This document shows, piece by piece, positions 1 through 11,490 of a stretch of 43,001 nt of DNA. The translations under genes were made by a program, and so were the position numbers. Within the stretch, counting starts at the first letter, position 1, and every line of letters starts with the position of its first letter. Under the pieces are notes generated by a model, which ran no database searches, was not told the origin of the DNA, and saw only the letters and a list, made by a program, of their open reading frames with translations. Source of the stretch: Octopus bimaculoides (Eukaryota). The DNA is taken from positions 34,107,783 through 34,150,783 of the forward strand of contig NC_068988.1 in assembly GCF_001194135.2 (NCBI RefSeq), given 5' to 3'.

Positions 1-53
<53 letters not shown>

Positions 54-54
54 A

Positions 55-88
<34 letters not shown>
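1..88. repeat. (TA)n/(TG)n microsatellite
   Basis: Direct reading: pure TA run followed by TG run. Confidence 0.97.
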
Positions 89-90
<2 letters not shown>

Positions 91-104
91 AACACGAATG
101 CTTC

Positions 105-2585
105 AGCCCAAATCTGTGACTGGTGCAATGTCCTATCGAGACCTAGTAGAACGATGCGATAGACAGGGTCATTAGAGCTAAGAAACAGGCTTGGAAGGCC
201 TAGACGGATAGGCGTAGCAGGGAACTGTATCAGATTCCATGAAGGGATGCTAGGAAACAAGTATTTCTAACCAAGGGAGAAGCAGAAAAGAAATTTGCCT
301 ATGTTCAGCGACGTGAGGGCCAACGAACTGCAGTGTTTTGCATTGCAAGAGAATGTGAGAGACAAAATCGTGATGTCATAGAGAGAAAGGTGTCCGTATG
401 GCTGATGGTTCGCTTGCATGTAATGATTCTGCAAAAGGAGGCTTGGAAATGCCATTCTGAAAGTCTACTGAACGTAGAGAATGAGTGGCAGCAGGAGAGT
501 CAGCCCAATATTGACCCAATTGAGGGACTTCGACGGTTCTATGACAGATAAAGTAATTAAGGATATGAAGACAGGACAAGCCCTCGGCCCGCTCAGATGC
601 TGAAAATATATGGGGCGATGTGTGTTATCGTCTAGTCACCCGTATTGTACATCAGGTGGTTCACGAAATAGTTATACCCAATGACTGGTGTAAAAGCACA
701 ATAGTCAACTGTTACAAAGGTAAATGTAGGGCCTTAGATTAAAATAACTACTGAGGTATCAAATTGCTGGATCAGGTGATGAAAGTTACAGAGAGTCATA
801 GCCAATCTAATTCGAGAGAGAGTTTCCTTAGATGAGATGCAGTTTAGTTTTGTGCCAAGAAGAAGCACCACTGATGCTGTATTTCCGGTAAGGCAACTGC
901 AGAAGAAATACATAGTCAAAGATAAACTTCTTTACTTAGCCTTTCTTAAGCTCGCGAACGCATTTGACAGGGTCACCCGATCCCTTATCTTGTTGTCAAT
1001 GCGGAAACTACGGATAGACGAGTGGTTGGTGAGAGCTGTACACGCTATGTACAGGTATGCTACCAGTAAGGTGAGAGTTGGCAATGAGTACTGCGAAGAA
1101 TTCAGGGTACAAGCAGGGGTTCACCAAGGATTGGTTCTGAGCCCCCTCTTGTTCATCATAGTCCTCCAGACAATAACAGAGGAATACAAGACAGGCTGCT
1201 CTTATAGCTGAATCATTACCTGAACTAGAAAAGTTCCAGGTATAGAAGCTAGGTCTAGAAACAAAGGGCCTTAGAGTTACCATAGCAAAACCCAAAATCT
1301 TAGTAAGTAAGAAGCAGACAAAGCACAAATCCCTATGTGTAGATGGCCCTGCTCGATCTGTAGAAAACTTGAAGGTAGAAACTCCATAAGATACACCCAT
1401 TGTACACTTTGGACACCTAAAATGTGCAGCAATATCAAAGCTAAAGGTAACAGGGAAACTAGTTTTTGTATGTGGAAGATACACAGATAAAATAAACGCT
1501 GAACATGTGCAGAAAATAGACTCCATCAACTGCCAAAGTGGCAAGTTAGTGGTAGTAGATAGCTTCTGTTATCTAGGTGGCCAAGTTAGTAGTGGAAGTG
1601 GATATTCCGAGAGCGTAGCTGTGAGAATAAGTTTAGGCTGGGCAAAGTTCAGAGAGTTCCGACCCTTGCTGGCAACAAAAGGCCTCTCTCTCAGAGTGCA
1701 AGGCAGCTTGTTTAATACCTGCGCGTGAACAGCTATGCTTTAAAGCAGTGAAACATGACTGTGACAGCTGAGGATATACGTAGGCTTGAAAGAAATGGAG
1801 CCAGTATGCTTCGATGGATGTGCAATTTTAGTGTGCATGTTCGACAGAGTGTAAGCATCTTGTGAGAAAAGTTAGGGATAAGAGGCATCTGATGTGGTGT
1901 GTAAGAGAGACGACTGCACTGGTATGATCATGTGATGCGTATGGACGAGGGTAGTTGTATAAAGAAGTGTCGATCTCTAACTGTGGCGGGATCTTGTGGT
2001 GCAGGTAAACCTAGGAAGACATGGGACGAGGTGGTGGAGTATGTTCTTCGAACATTGAACCTCACAGATGCCAATGTCTAGTAACCGAGACCTTTGGCGA
2101 TGTGCTGTGCTTGAGAGCTCAAGCCAAGTGAATTTGGGCTGGTAGCACGTAAAGAACACTTTTCGAGCGTCAGCCCTCACGGAATCAAAGTAGTTGAGTT
2201 CCTTTCGCGTGTTGGCCCTCACAGAGGCAATGGCCGAGACTTTTGGCATTATGTGGTGATTGAAAAGAAGACACATGAAGCAGAGCAAAATCGCAGTTGT
2301 GGCGGAGACCGGTGTCAGGCATATTAGCACCCGCGCTGGCGGCACGTAAAAGCACTCTGGAAAAACACCCAGGTGTCACGCAAATGGCACCCTTAACGGT
2401 GGTACGTTAAAGCACCCATTATACTCTCGGACTTGTTGGCATGAGGAAGAGCATCCAACCGTAGAAAATCATGCAAAAATCAGACTGGAGTCTGCTGCAG
2501 CATGTCAGCCCGGTCAAAACGTCCAACCCATGCCAGCATGGACAACAGACGTTAACCGATGATGATGCTGAGGATGACGATAATG
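105..2585 (+). mobile_element. 5'-truncated, decayed RTE-clade LINE (RT domain, ORF2 C-terminus, 3' UTR with (GAT)n-like tail)
   Basis: ORF 837-1211 has RTE RT motifs (QFSFVPRRSTTDAVF..QL, AFDRV, DEWLVRAVHAMY, GVHQGLVLSPLLFIIVL). Downstream pieces read VDSFCYLG, RISLGWAKFREF, RWMC, GKPRKTWDEVV. The 3' UTR has three ctggtggcacgtaaaagcac-like motifs (~2140, 2335, 2398) and ends cccatgccagcatgga...gttaaccgatgatgatg. Many stops and frameshifts. Confidence 0.92.
837..1211 (+). pseudogene. Reverse transcriptase fragment of the RTE LINE
   Basis: 124-aa open segment with RT subdomain motifs. The YADD region is missing or deleted right after TGCS. Confidence 0.9.
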
Positions 2586-2701
2586 AATATAATAAATGAA
2601 TATAATAAAAAGTGACAATTCTATTTTTATCTTATATTTATTTTGTAAACAAATAATACAATGTTACATAAATATTTTATAAGCATTTTAATAGTATTTT
2701 A

Positions 2702-2798
2702 CAATGTTCCTTTCTTTTCTGGAAACTCGCCGCATACCGGCAGCTGCTGGCTCGCGGACTGGCACCGGAGTGCGCACCACCACTTTGGTTTAGCACTG
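2702..2798. mobile_element. Possible short hAT/Charlie-type MITE remnant
   Basis: The 3' end gctcgcggactggcaccggagtgcgcaccaccactttggtttagcactg resembles Charlie-type termini (..ccacactttgagtagcactg). The 5' caatgttcc is a weak partner. No clean 8-bp TSD. Confidence 0.35.
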
Positions 2799-3144
2799 GT
2801 TTAGCAAAAGTATTGACTGTCCCCCAGTCATACAAGTATGTGGGGCGGGGCTTCGTGTGAGTGCATAGAAACAGCTAACTTTTCTTTAACAGCTCAAATG
2901 TACGACAGAGTTTCGAGAGGGTAAGTGACAAGAAGAAATAGCAGTCAAATTTAGTTCACACTGATACAAGCGTCACCACAGAGGAAAGAAACCGTGCAAT
3001 GTTTTAGTTCTTGCTAAAATGTTTGCGAAATCAAGGTGGAAGCTCGCAGGAATATGATATTTCAATCTGTGGGATCAGGGTTAATGTTAAAGAATTTTAA
3101 GGAGAGTATCTGCAAGTAAATTCATCTTCCTTTAACGGGGTTTA

Positions 3145-3166
3145 TCACACATACACGCGCACACAC

Positions 3167-3207
<41 letters not shown>

Positions 3208-3360
3208 TGCATTCACACATGATATACACAAATATATTTATCTTTATAGCTATATGTATCAATATACGTGTTCTACATATATATGTGTGAATGTATGTAT
3301 ATTCATACACACACCCACCCACACACACACACACACACATATATATATGCACACCCACAT

Positions 3361-3410
<50 letters not shown>

Positions 3411-3448
3411 TGATACACACACAATATTTATACACTATCTATGCAAGT

Positions 3449-3491
<43 letters not shown>
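3145..3491. repeat. Compound (CA)n/(TA)n/(GATA)n microsatellite cluster
   Basis: Direct reading. Confidence 0.95.
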
Positions 3492-5127
3492 CTGCACAAA
3501 TTTGATATAAATGTAAGGTGTCGTTCTCCTAGTCTTTCTTGCCCGTTCTTTTCTCCTGCTACATATTTCGCTTAATAGCTTAAAATGTAACTTCCCCGCC
3601 TTGATATTCCCTTCTATTAATCGGATCTTCTCAAAGACCCAGAATTAAAATTTCGTTTGATCTGCTAGAAGCCCTCTACAATTTATGCCACGGTCAAACA
3701 TTGCGCTTCAAAAAGAAGCCAAGTTAACTTGTTTTATAGATGTAATGGGTATAATAAAACTTTGAAAATGTTATTGCTGTTTAACTCAAGCAAATCTTCC
3801 ACAAAAACTCAAAAATACTTTTGCAATTCCAAGGCAGATATGAAATATTTCAAGAATATTACACTTTTGTAGCTGCGGCAATATATATGCTAATAGGTAC
3901 GTGTTCCTATATATTCGTATGTGCGTGTGTGTGTATACGCATGTATGTATATACGTAGGTATGTATGGAGGCATGTACGTGTATATTTATATATAAATAT
4001 ATATATATATANNNNNNNNNNNNNNNNNNNNNNNNNNNNNNNNNNNNNNNNNNNNNNNNNNNNNNNNNNNNNNNNNNNNNNNNNNNNNNNNNNNNNNNNN
4101 NNNNNNNNNNNNNNNNNNNNNNNNNNNNNNNNNNNNNNNNNNNNNNNNNNNNNNNNNNNNNNNNNNNNNNNNNNNNNNNNNNNNNNNNNNNNNNNNNNNN
4201 NNNNNNNNNNNNNNNNNNNNNNNNNNNNNNNNNNNNNNNNNNNNNNNNNNNNNNNNNNNNNNNNNNNNNNNNNNNNNNNNNNNNNNNNNNNNNNNNNNNN
4301 NNNNNNNNNNNNNNNNNNNNNNNNNNNNNNNNNNNNNNNNNNNNNNNNNNNNNNNNNNNNNNNNNNNNNNNNNNNNNNNNNNNNNNNNNNNNNNNNNNNN
4401 NNNNNNNNNNNNNNNNNNNNNNNNNNNNNNNNNNNNNNNNNNNNNNNNNNNNNNNNNNNNNNNNNNNNNNNNNNNNNNNNNNNNNNNNNNNNNNNNNNNN
4501 NNNNNNNNNNNNNNNNNNNNNNNNNNNNNNNNNNNNNNNNNNNNNNNNNNNNNNNNNNNNNNNNNNNNNNNNNNNNNNNNNNNNNNNNNNNNNNNNNNNN
4601 NNNNNNNNNNNNNNNNNNNNNNNNNNNNNNNNNNNNNNNNNNNNNNNNNNNNNNNNNNNNNNNNNNNNNNNNNNNNNNNNNNNNNNNNNNNNNNNNNNNN
4701 NNNNNNNNNNNNNNNNNNNNNNNNNNNNNNNNNNNNNNNNNNNNNNNNNNNNNNNNNNNNNNNNNNNNNNNNNNNNNNNNNNNNNNNNNNNNNNNNNNNN
4801 NNNNNNNNNNNNNNNNNNNNNNNNNNNNNNNNNNNNNNNNNNNNNNNNNNNNNNNNNNNNNNNNNNNNNNNNNNNNNNNNNNNNNNNNNNNNNNNNNNNN
4901 NNNNNNNNNNNNNNNNNNNNNNNNNNNNNNNNNNNNNNNNNNNNNNNNNNNNNNNNNNNNNNNNNNNNNNNNNNNNNNNNNNNNNNNNNNNNNNNNNNNN
5001 NNNCATACATACATATATATACAGGTATAGACATTTGTGAGTATATATATATATATATAGATATATATATACATACACACAAACATATATATATACTTGC
5101 ATACAAAAATATATACACGCACGTGTG

Positions 5128-5162
<35 letters not shown>

Positions 5163-5688
5163 ATTGTATACAGTTACATATATAAACAACCGCGCCAATA
5201 TTTGTTTGTAATGTTGTATTCATTCGTGATATATAAATATTTTCTTTCATTATAAACACACTTATGTATATATGAATTGGAGCATATCCTATGTGTACAT
5301 ATACACTCTATAAGCATATACACAGATATGCATGCATACATGCACTCGTACATTCAACCATATACGGACATATAAATGCATACATACATAAACGTGTTTA
5401 TTTAAGATTGTTTCATAAGTTCGGAAATATGCGATGATACAAATGTATATTTATGCGTTCATATCCGAGTGATAGATTCACGTACATATATGTCGTTATA
5501 AAGCTATGCAGAAATATTCTGCTTAATACCTGTTCCGTTACTGTGGTGTATGTTACGAATGAAATATTTACGCAGGTAACTGCCCATTCAGTTTCATTTT
5601 CTTGTTTCCGCTCCTGTCCAATGCCTTCCTCCCCGACCTTACATTACTTGGTCATTGCTGCATCTGCGTAGTGTGAAATTAGATACGT

Positions 5689-5719
<31 letters not shown>

Positions 5720-5945
5720 CGTGCGTGTGCGTGTGTGTTTGTATGTGTGTATATATGTGTATACAGAGAGAGAGCGAGAGAGAAGGAGGTAGATAGAGAG
5801 ATAACTAGATAGATACACATATATATATATATGGGTAGTTTATACACCCCTCCCCAAATAACAGCAGAATCTCTAATACCCACTGCTAGAATGACTACAG
5901 GAAAAATAACGGAGCACCTCACCACAAAGTTCAAAAAGTTGGCAT

Positions 5946-6027
5946 ATTATTATTATTGTTATTGTTGTTGTTTCTGTTGTTGTTGTTGTTATTATCATCA
6001 TCATCGTCATTATCATTATTATTATTG
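5946..6027. repeat. Compound trinucleotide repeat (TAT)n-(TGT)n-(CAT)n-(TAT)n
   Basis: Direct reading. Confidence 0.92.
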
Positions 6028-6561
6028 CTCTTAGAGTATTAATAACTCCTCTGGAAAGAACTTCCATATACACCCATCCACCACATACAGAACTGACACG
6101 CACGCGCCCAGCAAATTTTTAAAATATAAACAGCTTTCAAAACGCAACGAATAACGTTGGTGCCAGGGACCATGTACGTATGGGAATATTTGTGTATACA
6201 TATATGTATGTATGTACGTATGTGTGAGGGTATATATATATGTATATTTCCCCCTCACATGTGGTGGCAGTGACTGTTGACGTACATCTGGATACACATA
6301 TGCACTCATCTATGTATGCTTTTGTATCCATAGATATCTAAGTATGGTTATAGACACAGGCACAGACATGTGTATTGGAGTGTCTAAAACTATTTATATG
6401 GTCTTATATACTGTTTGTAGGCATTTTATGTGCCTTATATTTTTATATTTTCATTTCTTCATTTATTTTTATTTTTACAGCATTCTTATTTTTATTTTTA
6501 TTTATTTTTTAATTTTTATTATAATTTTAATTTTTACTTTATATTTGTGTTGAATTTTTGT

Positions 6562-6696
6562 GAATCTCTGAAGAGGCCTAGCGAATCATGCATGTACCCC
6601 CATTACAGCACTTCATCTGCTAATTACTCCGGCACGCAGGAGCTATAGGGATAGAATGGGGCATGCCAACGCTAGGCCGAAACAGCTGTAAGATTC
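6562..6696 (+). ncRNA. Type I hammerhead ribozyme with extended, branched stem II
   Basis: Stem I gaatct (6562-67) / agattc (6691-96). Core CTGAAGA (6568-74). Stem II ggcctagcg (6575-83) / cgctaggcc (6670-78), perfect 9 bp. GAAA (6679-82). Palindromic stem III ACAGCTGT (6682-89). Cleavage triplet GUA, cut after 6690. All conserved core positions are present. Confidence 0.9.
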
Positions 6697-6984
6697 TGTA
6701 TAGTCTCCTATTGCTAAATGTACTTTATATTTGTAACCTTAACTGTTAATATGACACGGAATGGCATAAGCATCTGTATATTGTGTTTTTTGTCATTTTA
6801 GTTACAAATTAAGTAAATTAATTCAATGGAATACACTGTCTGCAAATCGATGGATACCGCATATTCTCCTCTATTTTCTTATTGCTAAATAAATTTAGGG
6901 TAAAATAACCCCCTTTTACCCGCACCCACTTATTACACTTGGTATAACACTAGTGTAACAATAATTGGGTACCCTCCCAGCAGT

Positions 6985-7246
6985 ATTTTTTGTTTGTTTG
7001 TTGGCCCTCCGTCGCTTACGACGTCGTGGGTTCCAGTTGATCCGATCAACGGAACAGCCTTCTCGTGAAATTAACGTGCAAGTGGCTGAGCACTCCACAG
7101 ACACGTGTAACCTTAACGTAGTTCTCGGGGATATTCAGCGTAACACAGTGTGACAAGGCTGACCCTTTGAAATACAGGTACAACAGAAACAGGAAGAAAG
7201 AGTGAGAGAAAGTTGTGGTGGAAGAGTACAGCAGGGTTCGCCACCA
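6985..7246 (-). mobile_element. SINE-like dispersed repeat, 3' part (5' end lost in gap)
   Basis: The minus strand ends ...gatcggatcaactggaacc...gtcgtaagcgacggagggccaacaaacaaacaaaaaa, a GC-rich body plus A-rich tail typical of a retroposed short element. The family assignment is from recall, not searched. Confidence 0.6.
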
Positions 7247-7860
7247 NNNNNNNNNNNNNNNNNNNNNNNNNNNNNNNNNNNNNNNNNNNNNNNNNNNNNN
7301 NNNNNNNNNNNNNNNNNNNNNNNNNNNNNNNNNNNNNNNNNNNNNNNNNNNNNNNNNNNNNNNNNNNNNNNNNNNNNNNNNNNNNNNNNNNNNNNNNNNN
7401 NNNNNNNNNNNNNNNNNNNNNNNNNNNNNNNNNNNNNNNNNNNNNNNNNNNNNNNNNNNNNNNNNNNNNNNNNNNNNNNNNNNNNNNNNNNNNNNNNNNN
7501 NNNNNNNNNNNNNNNNNNNNNNNNNNNNNNNNNNNNNNNNNNNNNNNNNNNNNNNNNNNNNNNNNNNNNNNNNNNNNNNNNNNNNNNNNNNNNNNNNNNN
7601 NNNNNNNNNNNNNNNNNNNNNNNNNNNNNNNNNNNNNNNNNNNNNNNNNNNNNNNNNNNNNNNNNNNNNNNNNNNNNNNNNNNNNNNNNNNNNNNNNNNN
7701 NNNNNNNNNNNNNNNNNNNNNNNNNNNNNNNNNNNNNNNNNNNNNNNNNNNNNNNNNNNNNNNNNNNNNNNNNNNNNNNNNNNNNNNNNNNNNNNNNNNN
7801 NNNNNNNNNNNNNNNNNNNNNNNNNNNGTGTTTTGAAATCAGAGAACATTTTCTGTATTT

Positions 7861-8226
7861 TTTTATTCTTTTACTTGTTTCAGTCATTTGCTTGCGGCCA
7901 TGCTGGAGCACAGCCTTTAGTCGAGCAAATCGACTTATTCTTTGTAAACCTAGTACTTACTCTAGCGGTTTCTTTTGCCGAACCTTTAAGTTACGGGGAC
8001 GTAAACACACCAGCATCGGTTGTCAAGGGATGGCGGGAACACACACACACACACATATATATACGACGGGCTCCTTTCAGTTCTCGTCTGCCAAATCCAT
8101 TCACAAAGCTTGGTCGGCCCGAGGCTATAGTAGGAGACAGTTGCCCAAGGTGCCACGCAGTGGGACAGGACCCCAAAGCATGAGGTTAGTAAGCATGCTA
8201 CTTCCCACTCAGCCACTCCTGTGCCT
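7861..8226 (-). mobile_element. Octopus-type tRNA-derived SINE, near full length
   Basis: tRNA-like head (ggctgagtgggaag...cccactgcgtggcacc), internal CA/TA microsatellite, body ttgacaaccgatgctggtgtgtttacgtccccgtaac, tail gactgaaacaagtaaaagaataaaa. Alignable by eye to other copies in this window. Confidence 0.88.
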
Positions 8227-9605
8227 GTATATATATGTTTTTCCGTGAATGGGTCTAAGTTTTGATTGGTTATCATTCTGATGGCATCTTATTCTTTTGG
8301 TGGATGTTTTTGATGAAAAAATAGATTTTGTTTTGGCGTTGGTTGGTTGTTTGGTCGGTCGGTAAGTTGGTTGGTTGGTTGTATATAGAAANNNNNNNNN
8401 NNNNNNNNNNNNNNNNNNNNNNNNNNNNNNNNNNNNNNNNNNNNNNNNNNNNNNNNNNNNNNNNNNNNNNNNNNNNNNNNNNNNNNNNNNNNNNNNNNNN
8501 NNNNNNNNNNNNNNNNNNNNNNNNNNNNNNNNNNNNNNNNNNNNNNNNNNNNNNNNNNNNNNNNNNNNNNNNNNNNNNNNNNNNNNNNNNNNNNNNNNNN
8601 NNNNNNNNNNNNNNNNNNNNNNNNNNNNNNNNNNNNNNNNNNNNNNNNNNNNNNNNNNNNNNNNNNNNNNNNNNNNNNNNNNNNNNNNNNNNNNNNNNNN
8701 NNNNNNNNNNNNNNNNNNNNNNNNNNNNNNNNNNNNNNNNNNNNNNNNNNNNNNNNNNNNNNNNNNNNNNNNNNNNNNNNNNNNNNNNNNNNNNNNNNNN
8801 NNNNNNNNNNNNNNNNNNNNNNNNNNNNNNNNNNNNNNNNNNNNNNNNNNNNNNNNNNNNNNNNNNNNNNNNNNNNNNNNNNNNNNNNNNNNNNNNNNNN
8901 NNNNNNNNNNNNNNNNNNNNNNNNNNNNNNNNNNNNNNNNNNNNNNNNNNNGTGTAACTTCAATCATGAAGGATTGCGAGAGCAGATATTTTTATTAACA
9001 CAATATACAATTCTTTCATTGAAATTCATCTTCATGAATATTATGTATATTATGTAGTAATATATGCAGCGATGAACTAAAGAAATCTCGAAAGCAACTC
9101 ATCAGAAATATGCATAAAAGTCATTTGCCGTAGATACTTGAATTACCAATAATTCATACCTATATTGACTTAGGAGTGTATAATTGAATAAATTTGCGGA
9201 TAAGAAGCGAATCAAAACAAGCTACTGGTTTGAATTAACCGGTCAAAACAACCAAGAAGAGAGCAAAAGAACTTAAATTGAGAAACACGTATTACTGTCC
9301 GTCCGATAGCGTGTACTCGTCGACGGGCTCCATGGGGTAAACTCCAGATTTAATAACCGAATGAAATTATATATCTGTGCACGTAAGTATGTATGCATAA
9401 TGTATATACATATAAACATACATATACAATATATATCGAGTGCTTGCAACATCGGGTGCATCGCTAGCCAGCTCTAGCTCTAGGGGATCCTCCTGGAATT
9501 AAAGGCGGTAGTAACGTCCATTCCTATCGAGCAGCCATACTGATGTGGCAATAGGCATTGCTTCTCAGTATAGTTACTACTTTCATCTCTTATAGAGATT
9601 TCCTA

Positions 9606-9708
<103 letters not shown>

Positions 9709-10080
9709 TTGCGTGCGTGCGTTCGTGTGTATTTCTTGTGTGCTTTACTGAGCCGGGATAATCGGCTTTTATTGTGTTTCCGAATTTTTCGTTTATTACC
9801 CTATGTATTCAACACATGCTCAGCGGACAATTAAAGTACAAAAGTACAAGTGGGGAAAAAAATTATTATGAGAAAGTAGAAATTTATCGGAATGGAACAA
9901 AAAATTACCATAAGTCAGCAAGCATGTAAGTGGTGTTATTAATGCTACTAAACAGGTCAAGGACATTGTTTATTTGCGTTTTATTAATCCCTTGATATTC
10001 ACGATATTGTTTTAATTATTCCAATACATCTCCTATTTTATTACTACACTTATATACATATGTTATCATCATCATCATCA

Positions 10081-10478
10081 TTATTAGTATTTCTAAATTT
10101 CTCTAAAGGAGACTACGGTAGCAGTACTGGGTATTAATAGTCATGGCCGAACTAACATGGCAGTCCAGAAAAATAGGACGAATGCTGCTGTTGATTAGCT
10201 GCAAGAGGCCATCGCCTCCAGTTAGCTATCTGACACACAAACGTGTGTCCATTACAACCTTCGAACAAAGGGAGCCATTAGCTTCTCCATGCTGGTTCGA
10301 ACAACCGCAAACCAGTTTCGGGGTATTTGCCCCTTATCAATATGAGGTAGCCCAACCCAGCAGGCGTCGCTGTTGACAGTTCCTATTCTTCTGGACTGCC
10401 ATGTTTCCTTGGCGATAACTATTGATACCCAGTACTGCTGCCGTAGTCTTCTTTAGAGAGATTTAGAAATAATAATAT
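10081..10478. mobile_element. ~400-bp element with ~98-bp imperfect inverted terminal arms
   Basis: 10081-10178 aligns to the reverse complement of 10381-10478 (tttctaaatttctctaaaggagactacggtagcagtactgggtattaatagt...aacatggcagtccagaaaaatagga). TA dinucleotides at 10088-89 and 10470-71 flank the tttctaaa/tttagaaa ends. Confidence 0.8.
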
Positions 10479-10499
10479 TTCTATTTATGAAAACCAGTG

Positions 10500-11112
10500 G
10501 ATGTGTTCCACTGAATATATATAAAACCAGTTTATCCACATTCTCCTTTGAGCATTTGCTAACAAAATCCAGTGCTCCAATTATAACTGATATGAATATG
10601 AATTCATAGTCTGGATATAGAAGCTCGAGGTCTCGAAGCTGTTGTCCATTGATATCCTTTTTTCTTTGATTTTCAAAGAGATATTTATATATGCAGAGCA
10701 GCTAACCTCTGTGATGTTGCATACCTTTGCTGCTCTGTGCCAAACAACAGCCAGCCTGTTATGCTACCATTTGACAGAGGTTTTGATAAGAATATTCCAC
10801 TAGTATTGCTTGAGTTGATGTTTATGAATCATAACAGGGGGATATTTTAAGTTTATTTCAGGATAGTCTTTTTTGCAGATGGCATTGTAGATTGTTTTAG
10901 CAAAAACATTGTGCCACATAGGAAAGTAGTACTGTGACGACATTTTAGTATAGCTGCCAATCACATGCGTGATGTTTTCCACAGAAACATGACATAGCCT
11001 ACACATGCAGTTGTACTATAGGATTATAAGAGCATCTCTGTCTCTCTTGTTCACCAGGTACTTTGTGGCAATCTCCTCTGCCTGGATTGCAAACGCATAA
11101 CCTTCAAAGTAT
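10500..11112 (-). mobile_element. R4/Dong-like (restriction-like endonuclease) non-LTR retrotransposon 3' remnant, copy 1
   Basis: Minus strand reads EGYAFAIQAEEIATKYL, the CCHC-type finger CRLCHVSVENITHVIGS, HNVFAKTIY, and a decayed RLE region (WNILIKTSVK..HNR..VV, EVSC, YPDYEFIFISVIIGAL). Confidence 0.85.
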
Positions 11113-11115
11113 GAC

Positions 11116-11178
11116 GTATGTACGCATGTATGTATGCATGTATGCATGTATGTATGTATGTATCTATCTCTCTCTCTT

Positions 11179-11232
<54 letters not shown>

Positions 11233-11287
11233 CATATACATCCATATATATACAGACATACATATATATATATATATATATATGTAT
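11116..11287. repeat. (TATG)n/(CT)n/(TA)n compound microsatellite
   Basis: Direct reading. Confidence 0.95.
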
Positions 11288-11458
11288 GCTGTTCTTAACG
11301 TGTATAAGGAACCCCCTAATTTGGGGGGCTTAAAATGTAGAAAAAATACTTTGCAAGGGATTATAATACTATCTATGTATACGGAACTCCTATATATTTT
11401 AAACCTAATGTCTGATTTTTAAAAGATTCGTTCTTTATATATTTTAAAACACTGTATA

Positions 11459-11490
<32 letters not shown>

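Noticed and set aside
2137-2420. Three spaced ~20-bp repeats resembling a CRISPR-like array
   Set aside because: Irregular spacing and eukaryotic context; they are internal motifs of the RTE 3' UTR.
3505-3720. Possible second RTE 3' fragment on the minus strand (GEKERARKTR, similar to GRPRKTW)
   Set aside because: Similarity too weak to support by eye.
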